64,000 nt of DNA from Patescibacteria group bacterium (GTDB lineage: Bacteria; Patescibacteriota; Patescibacteriia; XYB2-FULL-38-15): positions 491,302-555,301 of the forward strand of contig JBAZJZ010000001.1 in NCBI GenBank assembly GCA_041650995.1, given 5' to 3'. A model generated the notes under the pieces. That model saw only the letters and a list, made by a program, of their open reading frames with translations, was not told the origin of the DNA and did not search any database. Made by a program: the position numbers and the translations under genes. Below are positions 56,303 to 64,000 of this stretch, one piece after another; the first letter of the stretch is position 1, and every line of letters starts with the position of its first letter.

Positions 56303-57064
56303 TCAAATCTTTAATGTTTTGGTCAAATAGTTTATCCACATAAGGCTTTTTAGCTCTCTATCCCGATGAACCTCGGTAAAAATATCAATAATTTTTGCCA
56401 ACTCCCCGACATGCGCTTTGGTAATTTTAAGCACCACTATTTTTTTAAAATTATTTTCTAAAACAAAACGTGAAATTTTTATCGCCGCAGTGGAAATCGG
56501 TAGCTCACCCCCGCCACACTGACCGCAAGTTAGTCCTCCTCTCCCCGCGTCAAAAAAATTTCTGCTCGGGGTAATTTTATTTTTACATTTAACGCAAGTA
56601 TAAAGTTCTGGCATCCAACCGAGAATGGTTAATAATTTTAAAACAAAAAATTTTGATAAGATATATAATTTTAAAAAACTTTTAATTTTCACCTCATTAA
56701 AAATTTCTAAAATTTCCAAAAGCAATTCATAGATTTTTAAATCCGGATGATCAGTTTTAGTAAAAACATCCACTATTTCTAGACAAAAACTTGCAAGCAC
56801 GGTTTTTCCTAAATCACTTTTGATATTTAAAAAATTTTTTTCTCTGGCAGCACCAGCAATTTGATAGTTTGTTTTCCCTGGTGCCACCATTAAATCAATC
56901 ACGGAAAATAGTTCCAGGTGCCCAGCCATTTTACTTTTTATTTTTCGTACGCCCTTTGCCACCGCGGAAATTTTACCGAGCTCGTCGGTATAAATTACAA
57001 AAAGACGATCGCTTTCACGATAGTCTTGTTTTCTTAAAATTATACCTCGGACAAGACGCGTCAT
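56303..57064 (-). CDS. recO: DNA repair protein RecO
   Basis: YRESD, GKISAVAKG, CxxC...CxxC. Confidence 0.93.
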   Translation of the reverse strand: MTRLVRGIILRKQDYRESDRLFVIYTDELGKISAVAKGVRKIKSKMAGHLELFSVIDLMVAPGKTNYQIAGAAREKNFLNIKSDLGKTVLASFCLEIVDVFTKTDHPDLKIYELLLEILEIFNEVKIKSFLKLYILSKFFVLKLLTILGWMPELYTCVKCKNKITPSRNFFDAGRGGLTCGQCGGGELPISTAAIKISRFVLENNFKKIVVLKITKAHVGELAKIIDIFTEVHRDRELKSLMWINYLTKTLKI

Positions 57065-57453
57065 TTTTTTCTATCAAAAAAACTCTGCAAAATAATCATC
57101 GCCGCCACGGCGTCGCGTTCTTTCACGCCGGATTCTGCCATCAGTTTATCCACCATGGCGCTTGAAAATCTTTCATCTTCCATTTCTGTTGGCACCGCTA
57201 AATTATTTTTTAAAAAATCCACAAAACGCATAATTTCTTCTGCTTGCGGTCCGGTCTCGCTCGCCATGGTGAGCGGCAGACCGACTACAATTTTTCCAAT
57301 ATTTTCTTCAACACAAACTCTTTTAATCTCTGCCAATAAAAAATCTCTTCCCTTGTTTTCTAAAACGAAAAACGGCGAGGCTATTTTTGTCTCATCACTG
57401 CCGGTGGCAAACCCAACTCTTTTTTCACCGTAATCAATTCCTAAATAATTCAT
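57061..57453 (-). CDS. ruvX: YqgF/RuvX family nuclease
   Basis: LGIDYGEKRVG, VGLP, DERFSS, DAVAA..IL. Confidence 0.93.
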   Translation of the reverse strand: MNYLGIDYGEKRVGFATGSDETKIASPFFVLENKGRDFLLAEIKRVCVEENIGKIVVGLPLTMASETGPQAEEIMRFVDFLKNNLAVPTEMEDERFSSAMVDKLMAESGVKERDAVAAMIILQSFFDRKK

Positions 57454-58238
57454 AATCTCGTCAAAACTTCATGGCCATTTTTAGTTACAGCTATAGTGTG
57501 TTCAAAATGGGCCGCAAGACTGCGGTCGGAGGTAACTACAGTCCATTCATCGTCTAAAGTTTCAACTTCCGCTCCGCCGGCGCAAACCATTGGTTCCGGG
57601 CAAATCGTCATGCCTTCCCGTAATTCAACTGGTTTATAAAAACGATCCAAAAAATTAGGAACATAAGGGGGTTCATGCACGCGTTTTCCGACACCATGCC
57701 CGACAAGGTCGCGCACTACAGAAAAATCATTTTTCTCAACATGCCCTTGAATGGCTCCGGCTATATCAGAAACAAAATTTCCCGGCTTGATTTGGGCGAT
57801 CCCGGCTTCTAACGCTTCAGCTGTCACTCGAACTAATTTTTCTTTTTCGTCACTAATTTCACCTACAGCTACGGTAATCGCCGCATCAGTAAAAAGCCCT
57901 TCTGATCCGGCGGGATATTTCACTCCCAAATCAAGGCTAATAATATCACCTTCTTTTAAAACTCGTGATGGCAGCGCCGGCGCGTGAATAACTTCGTCAT
58001 TAATTGAAGTGCAAAGTGTTGTTGGGAACGGAGTTGAGTTTGAATTTGACTGGTAATGTTTAAACGCTGGCACTGCTCCGTGCTCGGAAATTAATTTCTC
58101 GGCTAAAGAATTAAGCTCTCCGGTCGTTATGCCTGGACGAACCGCCTTACGCAATTCTTCCAAAACCATCGCTAAAATTCTGCCGCTTTGCCGCATAATT
58201 TTTATTTCTTCTGAAGTTTTTATGATTATTTTTTCCAT
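57450..58238 (-). CDS. map: Methionine aminopeptidase type I
   Basis: SINDEVIH, GHGVG..VHE, EPM, AHFEHT. Confidence 0.96.
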   Translation of the reverse strand: MEKIIIKTSEEIKIMRQSGRILAMVLEELRKAVRPGITTGELNSLAEKLISEHGAVPAFKHYQSNSNSTPFPTTLCTSINDEVIHAPALPSRVLKEGDIISLDLGVKYPAGSEGLFTDAAITVAVGEISDEKEKLVRVTAEALEAGIAQIKPGNFVSDIAGAIQGHVEKNDFSVVRDLVGHGVGKRVHEPPYVPNFLDRFYKPVELREGMTICPEPMVCAGGAEVETLDDEWTVVTSDRSLAAHFEHTIAVTKNGHEVLTRL

Positions 58239-58242
58239 GAAT

Positions 58243-58890
58243 TTATTTAACTTTTTCTTCGAGTTTATTATCTATTTCCGCAAAAACTTTTTCAATGGGG
58301 CCAACCCCGTTTACCCTAATAATTTTTTCTTTTTTGCCATAATAATTTATAATAGGCTCTGTTTCCGCGTGATAAATTTGAAGCCTCTTCGCAATCGCTT
58401 CTGGCTTGTCGTCGTCGCGCGCTGTAAGTTTTTCTCCACAAACATCGCAAAGTTCATCCCGATGCGGAGGTTTATTTAAAATATTATAAATCGCACCGCA
58501 TTTTGGGCAAACTCTCCGGCTGGCCAACCTTTTTTGAACTTCATCATCGTTTATTTCAAGTAAAATCGCCCAATCCAAACCAATATTTTTTTCCAAAACC
58601 GCCAGTTGATTCATATTCCGCGGATAGCCATCTAAAATAAACCCATGTTGATATTTTGAAGTAGCAAGTTCTCCGAGAACAATTTTATCCGTAATCTCAT
58701 CGGGAACCAATTGTCCTTTATTAATTAACGCGGCAGCCAACCTACCAAGTTCTGTTTGTTTTTTAATTTCCTGGCGAAAAACCTCTCCGGTTGATAAAAT
58801 TTCTAGGTTATATTTTTTTGCCAGCATTTCCGCCTGCGTGCCCTTTCCGGATCCTTGCGAGCCAAAAAGCGCTAATTTTAATTTTCCCAT
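58243..58890 (-). CDS. adk: Adenylate kinase
   Basis: GSQGSGKGT, LDGYPR, Zn-lid CxxC...CxxC. Confidence 0.96.
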   Translation of the reverse strand: MGKLKLALFGSQGSGKGTQAEMLAKKYNLEILSTGEVFRQEIKKQTELGRLAAALINKGQLVPDEITDKIVLGELATSKYQHGFILDGYPRNMNQLAVLEKNIGLDWAILLEINDDEVQKRLASRRVCPKCGAIYNILNKPPHRDELCDVCGEKLTARDDDKPEAIAKRLQIYHAETEPIINYYGKKEKIIRVNGVGPIEKVFAEIDNKLEEKVK

Positions 58891-58891
58891 A

Positions 58892-59019
58892 CCCCGTTAA
58901 AAATCTGACAATTTAATTTTGAGTAATTGTCAGAGTTAAAAATATTAATAAACTATAATGCGCCGCTATTTTATGCAGAAAAATTTTAATAATTTTTCTA
59001 CCAAAGATTTCTAACGGGG
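58892..59019. mobile_element. MITE-like element with 15-bp terminal inverted repeats
   Basis: CCCCGTTAAAAATCT ... AGATTTCTAACGGGG (one mismatch); non-coding AT-rich interior with a hairpin. Confidence 0.65.
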
Positions 59020-59056
59020 CATAAATTCAGAAAACCCACACTAAAAACTGTGTGGG

Positions 59057-59341
59057 TTATTTGTAAATTAAATTTTTTAATTTTTGATAATCAACCGAAG
59101 AAATTTTTCCGGCTTTTACCATTCTAGAAAGTTCCGGTAGAACATGCAACCGATATTCTTCAACCGTTACTCCGCCAGACCCCATAAATCTTACAATAAT
59201 GCTTTTTACGAACAACCGCTGTTCTTGATTCAAAGTTCCGATACGGAAAAGTGTTTTTTCTACCTCAATTGAAGTAGTAAAAAGCATTCCTTGCTTTTTA
59301 GCTCTACCGTTACTGCCGAAAATAATGTCTAAAAAACCCAT
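59057..59341 (-). CDS. Hypothetical protein (94 aa)
   Basis: ORF between secY and adk, followed by a hairpin at about 59033-59058. Confidence 0.6.
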   Translation of the reverse strand: MGFLDIIFGSNGRAKKQGMLFTTSIEVEKTLFRIGTLNQEQRLFVKSIIVRFMGSGGVTVEEYRLHVLPELSRMVKAGKISSVDYQKLKNLIYK

Positions 59342-59385
59342 ACGATTTTAATTTAGATTTTAGACTATATTTTCCAAACTATAAA

Positions 59386-60657
59386 TTACAACCCATCATA
59401 CTCCCGCATAGTAAGCTGAGAATCAATTTGTCTGATAGTTTCAAGCACAACAGAAACAACAATCAAAACGCTTGTTCCGCCAAATTGCAAAACTTGCACG
59501 CCGGTAATTTGTTGTAAAATCATCGGCAAAACCGCGATAATCGCGAGAAATAGCGCTCCGGCCAGAATAATTCTTGAAGTCGTCGCACTAAGATACTGGG
59601 CAGTTGGCGCTCCCGGCCTTATGCCTGGGATAAAGCCTCCATTTTTTTGAAGATTATCGGCAATTTGCTGCGGATGAAAAATAACTGCTGTATAAAAATA
59701 GGTAAAACCAAAGACTAAAATAAAATAAAGCAAGCCATAAATAAATTGATTACGAAAAATATCAATCACCCATTGTGCTCCTCCGGCAATCCAAGCCGAC
59801 TTAGCTTGCACAAAAAATTGAGCAACCATCGGCGGGAGAAGAATCAGGGAAATTGCAAAGATAATCGGAATTACACCAGCCATATTAACCCGAAGAGGCA
59901 AATGCGTTGAAGCGCCGCCATACATTTTTGTCCCGCGCACCTGTTTGGCGTAAGAAACCGGAACCTGCCGTTGACCCTCGGTAATAATTACTACTCCGAC
60001 AATCGTGACTATCGCAATGATCGCAAAAATTATAAAGTTAAAAACTTGAGAAGCATCAAACACTACCAAAGCCTGCTGCACGGCGGCTGGCAAACCGCTT
60101 ACAATTCCAGCAAAAATCAAAAGTGAAATACCATTTCCAATTTTTTTCTCGGAAATCAATTCACCTATCCACATCAGAAAAATCGTACCAGTGGTAATGG
60201 TCATAACCGTGCTAAAAAGGCGCCAAGGAGAAACGTCCGTAATAATAGGATTCGCTGATTGGCGAAGCATCGCAATCATGCTATAAGCTTGCAATGCCGC
60301 GAGCGGCACAGCTAAAATTCTTGTCCACTGATTTATTTTTTGTCTGCCATATTCTTCTTTCCCGAGTTCCTCCAAACGAGGGATAATCATCATTAATAAC
60401 TGAAAAATAATTGATGCCGTGATGTACGGAGCAACGCCCAACATCACTACGGAAAAATTTTCCATGCTTCCGCCGGAAAAAACATTCAACAAACCAAGAA
60501 TCTGGTTTGATTCAAAAAATTTTTTTAAATTTTCAAGGTCAACTCCCGGAACCGGAATATGCGCGGCTAAACGAAAAATGCCCAACATCAGAAGGACAAA
60601 AAGAATATTTTTGCGTAAATCAGGAATTTTCCAAATTTGGATAAATTTTTGCCACAT
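59386..60657 (-). CDS. secY: Preprotein translocase SecY
   Basis: PYITASII, GNGISL, AGVIPIIFA, IPGIRPG, GGTS. Confidence 0.98.
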   Translation of the reverse strand: MWQKFIQIWKIPDLRKNILFVLLMLGIFRLAAHIPVPGVDLENLKKFFESNQILGLLNVFSGGSMENFSVVMLGVAPYITASIIFQLLMMIIPRLEELGKEEYGRQKINQWTRILAVPLAALQAYSMIAMLRQSANPIITDVSPWRLFSTVMTITTGTIFLMWIGELISEKKIGNGISLLIFAGIVSGLPAAVQQALVVFDASQVFNFIIFAIIAIVTIVGVVIITEGQRQVPVSYAKQVRGTKMYGGASTHLPLRVNMAGVIPIIFAISLILLPPMVAQFFVQAKSAWIAGGAQWVIDIFRNQFIYGLLYFILVFGFTYFYTAVIFHPQQIADNLQKNGGFIPGIRPGAPTAQYLSATTSRIILAGALFLAIIAVLPMILQQITGVQVLQFGGTSVLIVVSVVLETIRQIDSQLTMREYDGL

Positions 60658-60681
60658 ATTAATGATTGGACAATATAACTA

Positions 60682-61122
60682 TTATTGAATGATTTTTCCG
60701 CCTGCCTTTTCTATTTTTTCTTTGGCACTCCCAGAGACAGAACAATCCTTGATGATCAATTTCTTTTTTATTTCCCCACTACCTAAAATTTTCACCGCTA
60801 CTTTCATTTTACCAACTAATCCTTTTTCTAACAATGTTTTCGGCGTAACACGTTCCCCGTCATTAAATTTCTTTTCCAAGTCTTTAACATTTACGGCAAT
60901 CATTTTAGGATAAGGACTATTAAAACCGCGCAACTTCGGGGTGGACATAATAATCCTTCTCATACCCAAAATTTTGAGGCCTTTTCTACCACCTGATCTT
61001 GCGCGCTGCCCCTTCTGTCCCCTGCCACTATATGTGCCCGTGCTTCCAAGACCTCTCCCAACTCGCTTTACTTTTTTCCTTGATCCCGAAGATGATTTAA
61101 TTGTGTGTAATGTTAACGCCAT
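60682..61122 (-). CDS. rplO: 50S ribosomal protein L15
   Basis: RVGRG, GRGQKGQRARSG, KIEKAGG. Confidence 0.96.
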   Translation of the reverse strand: MALTLHTIKSSSGSRKKVKRVGRGLGSTGTYSGRGQKGQRARSGGRKGLKILGMRRIIMSTPKLRGFNSPYPKMIAVNVKDLEKKFNDGERVTPKTLLEKGLVGKMKVAVKILGSGEIKKKLIIKDCSVSGSAKEKIEKAGGKIIQ

Positions 61123-61126
61123 AAAT

Positions 61127-61621
61127 TTATTTTCGCAATTCTAATTTCAACTTGCCTAAAGCATTAATCGTCGCTCTGCTATTATTAATTTTATTTTTTG
61201 ATCCTAAAATTTTTCCAACTACGTTCGGCACGCCAGCCAATTCAAAAACATTCCGCATGGCTCCGCCCGCTTTAACACCCGTGCCTTTTGGCGCAGGTTT
61301 CAAAAGAACAACCGCTGCTCCGAATTTTTCTTTAATTTCGTAAGGAATCGTTTCGTTTTTTAACGGCACGGTTACTAAATTTTTTTCAGCCTTGATCCCT
61401 GCTTTAGCCACTGCTTGCGTCACATCTGATCCTTTAGCTACAGACATGCCGACGCGGCCTTTTTTGTCACCAACAATAACGCAGGCGCGAAATTTCATTC
61501 TTTTTCCGCCCGCCGTTACTCTCGTAACACGCGCTATCTCAAGAATTTTTTGTTCAAATTCTTTTTCCTTGTCAAATCCTTTTTCTCTTCTTTTTCCCTG
61601 GCCTCTTTTGTTAGGCATCAT
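61127..61621 (-). CDS. rpsE: 30S ribosomal protein S5
   Basis: RVTRVTAGG, PAPKGTG. Confidence 0.96.
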   Translation of the reverse strand: MMPNKRGQGKRREKGFDKEKEFEQKILEIARVTRVTAGGKRMKFRACVIVGDKKGRVGMSVAKGSDVTQAVAKAGIKAEKNLVTVPLKNETIPYEIKEKFGAAVVLLKPAPKGTGVKAGGAMRNVFELAGVPNVVGKILGSKNKINNSRATINALGKLKLELRK

Positions 61622-61639
61622 ATATTAGACTTTATAAAA

Positions 61640-62053
61640 TTAAAATTTAATTCCACCTTCTCTCGCGCCATCAGCGACCGCTTTTATTCTGCCATGATAG
61701 GCAAAACCGCCTCTATCAAAAATCACTGTTTCAATTCCTAATTTTTTTGCTTTTTCCGCAATTAATTTTCCTATCTCAAAAGCAATCGCAACTTTATTGG
61801 TTTTATCGCCAAGATTTTTCGGCGCAACCGGAACAACTCTCTTATTTTTACCCACCGCCTTTTTCCCCAAAGCAAAATCAGAAGCAGAGGCGAGCGTCTT
61901 ACTATTAACATCATCTATCAGCTGGGCACTTATATGTTTGTCACTTCGAAAAACTGCGAGCCTTGGTCTTTTTTGGTCACCAAAAATTTTTGCCCTGACG
62001 CGTGACTGGCGTCTTGCTCTTTTTTTCTCTTTTATTTGCTGTAAATTTTTCAT
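61640..62053 (-). CDS. rplR: 50S ribosomal protein L18
   Basis: [20 protein letters not shown]. Confidence 0.96.
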   Translation of the reverse strand: MKNLQQIKEKKRARRQSRVRAKIFGDQKRPRLAVFRSDKHISAQLIDDVNSKTLASASDFALGKKAVGKNKRVVPVAPKNLGDKTNKVAIAFEIGKLIAEKAKKLGIETVIFDRGGFAYHGRIKAVADGAREGGIKF

Positions 62054-62076
62054 ATCTCTAAAATTCTAAATTATTT

Positions 62077-62631
62077 TTATGCTCCAGCGCCGGCCGCTTT
62101 GGCCGCTTTTCCAGCTTTCTTAACAATCACTTCATCAACATATTTTATACCTTTTCCCTTATATGGTTCCGGTGGTTTTAATGCCCTGATCTCTGAAGCT
62201 ACCGCCCCGACCAATCGTTTATCAATTCCGCTGATGGAAATAATATTTTTATCAATTCCTGCGGCGATACCCTTGGGGAGGGGAAAATCTACCGGATGAG
62301 AAAAACCGAGATTTAAAACAATTTTTTCTCCACTTAAAGCTGCTTTATAACCAACTCCGTTTATTTCTAATTTTTTTTCAAAACCAACTGTCACACCTAT
62401 AATCATATTTTTTATCAAGCTACCATAAAGACCCCAAAGCGCTTTATCCGACTTCAATTCTGGATCTTTAACGGTTATTTTCAACTCATTATTTTCCAAA
62501 ACAATAGACACTCGCGGATGGATAGTTTCTTTAAGTTCTCCCTTCGGCCCTTTGACCAAAACAAAAGCTTGCTCGATTTTTACCTCGACTCCCTTTGGAA
62601 CTGGAATTAATTTTTTACCTATTCGAGACAT
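62077..62631 (-). CDS. rplF: 50S ribosomal protein L6
   Basis: MSRIGK, PEPYKGKG. Confidence 0.97.
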   Translation of the reverse strand: MSRIGKKLIPVPKGVEVKIEQAFVLVKGPKGELKETIHPRVSIVLENNELKITVKDPELKSDKALWGLYGSLIKNMIIGVTVGFEKKLEINGVGYKAALSGEKIVLNLGFSHPVDFPLPKGIAAGIDKNIISISGIDKRLVGAVASEIRALKPPEPYKGKGIKYVDEVIVKKAGKAAKAAGAGA

Positions 62632-62652
62632 TATCGCTTAAATTAATTTTAA

Positions 62653-63036
62653 TTAATATATTTCACAAAGCACTTCTCCGCCCAATCCTCGCTTCCTGGC
62701 TTCAGCAGCGGTTAAAAGTCCGGACGACGTGGAAATAATCGCGACACCAATCCCTCCCAAAACTCTTGGCAAATCCGCTTTTGACGCGTAAACTCTTTTG
62801 CCCGGCTTGCTCACTCTTTTCAAACTTCTAACAGCAGGCGCACCATCTGTATCATATCTTAAAATAATTTTCATTTGCCTTTCTTTTTCCAAAACTTCTA
62901 TCCCACCTACAAATTTTTCTGCTTCCATTATTTTGGCAATTTCAAACTTAATCCTTGAAAAAGGGATCTTAACCTCGTCCTTTTTTACAAGAACGGCGTT
63001 TCTAATTCTGGTAAGCATGTCTGAAATTGGATCCAT
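62653..63036 (-). CDS. rpsH: 30S ribosomal protein S8
   Basis: DPISDMLTRIRN, SKPG.RVY, GGE. Confidence 0.97.
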   Translation of the reverse strand: MDPISDMLTRIRNAVLVKKDEVKIPFSRIKFEIAKIMEAEKFVGGIEVLEKERQMKIILRYDTDGAPAVRSLKRVSKPGKRVYASKADLPRVLGGIGVAIISTSSGLLTAAEARKRGLGGEVLCEIY

Positions 63037-63083
63037 AGTATTGATGCGATGTTTAATTTGTGTTTTTAAATAATTAACCGATT

Positions 63084-63269
63084 CTACCAGCTCGATTTCG
63101 TCACACCAGGAAGCTCTCCGCGATTGGCAAGTTCCCTAAAACATATCCTGCATAACTCAAATTTTCTCATATATCCCCTCTTTCTTCCACAACGCCAACA
63201 TCGCCGAACTTCGCGTGTTTTAAATTTCGGTTTTTTAAGGGATTTGGAAATTTGTGCTTCAGTAGCCAT
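63084..63269 (-). CDS. rpsN: 30S ribosomal protein S14 (Zn-binding type Z)
   Basis: RCWRCG...[14 protein letters not shown]. Confidence 0.97.
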   Translation of the reverse strand: MATEAQISKSLKKPKFKTREVRRCWRCGRKRGYMRKFELCRICFRELANRGELPGVTKSSW

Positions 63270-63281
63270 ATTTTGTTTATT

Positions 63282-63833
63282 CTATGCTTCCTGCATGGGA
63301 AAACCCATCAATTTTAATAAAGTTAATCCTTTTTCTCTGTTCCGCGCTGTGGTTTTAATTGTCACTTGCAAACCATGGATTTTCTCAATTTCTTCTGATC
63401 TAATTTCAGGAAAAGAAATGTTTTCCCTGAAACCAACTGATAAATTTCCTTCTTTGTCTAAAAATTTTTGAGAAATTCCACGGAAATCGCGAACTCGAGG
63501 GAAAGTAATGTTAATTAATTTATCAACAAAGTCATACATTCTCTGGCCGCGCAATGTCACAACTATACCGACCGGCATTCCTTTTCTTATCTTAAAATTA
63601 GAGATTGATTTTTTTGCTAAGGTTTTAACGGGTTTTTGTCCCGTGATTTTTCTTAAAGTGTCTTCAACAATATCCAAAAATTTAGCGTCTTTCAGCCCAG
63701 CGGATAATCCGGCAGTCACCACTACTTTTTCTATTTTAGGCACGGCTAAATTGTTTTTATAACCAAAAAGCTTCTTCATTTCCGGAATAACTTCTTTGGT
63801 ATATTTTGTTTTAATCCTTGATTCGTTTTCCAT
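63282..63833 (-). CDS. rplE: 50S ribosomal protein L5
   Basis: ITGQKP, PRVRDFRG; start at MENES. Confidence 0.97.
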   Translation of the reverse strand: MENESRIKTKYTKEVIPEMKKLFGYKNNLAVPKIEKVVVTAGLSAGLKDAKFLDIVEDTLRKITGQKPVKTLAKKSISNFKIRKGMPVGIVVTLRGQRMYDFVDKLINITFPRVRDFRGISQKFLDKEGNLSVGFRENISFPEIRSEEIEKIHGLQVTIKTTARNREKGLTLLKLMGFPMQEA

Positions 63834-63852
63834 ATATTTAATTAATCTCGAT

Positions 63853-64000
63853 TTATTCAATTACCTCTTTGCATTTCTTGCACATTCTTATTTTTTTACC
63901 ATTCTCCAAAATTTTATAACTAACCCGCGTCAATTTATTACATTTACTACAAATCAACATCACGTTCGAAGCGCGAAACGGTGCTGGAAACTGAATACGC
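63853..64000 (-). CDS. rplX: 50S ribosomal protein L24, C-terminal part (runs off the window)
   Basis: Manual translation ...[44 protein letters not shown]. Confidence 0.9.
   Translation of the reverse strand, partial: RIQFPAPFRASNVMLICSKCNKLTRVSYKILENGKKIRMCKKCKEVIE

Noticed and set aside
55041-56343. Many overlapping alternative ORFs (for example 55742-56314 +, 55945-56343 +, 55474-55704 -)
   Set aside because: Expected from high GC content; only the two SD-led minus-strand ORFs have coherent signals.

Overview
Chromosomal segment of a Candidate Phyla Radiation (Patescibacteria, probably Parcubacteria/ABY1-type) bacterium. The assignment rests on the spc operon lacking rpmD (L30), an AspRS without the GAD insert, AT-rich SD-less gene starts and giant pilin-anchored surface proteins. 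Most of the window is housekeeping: rsmA, prfB, class III RNR, ftsAZ, hisS, lepB, der, pth, dprA-topA, rel, parAB, scpAB, lon, aspS/asnS, recO, map, adk, secY, the spc ribosomal proteins and 4 tRNAs. The most striking element is a GC-rich, self-contained two-gene cassette (about 6283-7634, minus strand). It encodes a radical SAM/SPASM enzyme translationally coupled to an unannotated 55-aa peptide ending in CDCCDCADCSCDCKC, a candidate new thioether-type RiPP system. Other notable items are a split NrdD whose glycyl-radical domain is a separate 49-aa ORF, a RAYT with REPs, a 2906-aa VirB2-pilin-fused Cys-rich surface protein cluster, two candidate structured sRNA loci and several small repeat or MITE-like families. 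All calls come from reading motifs by eye; no database searches were run.
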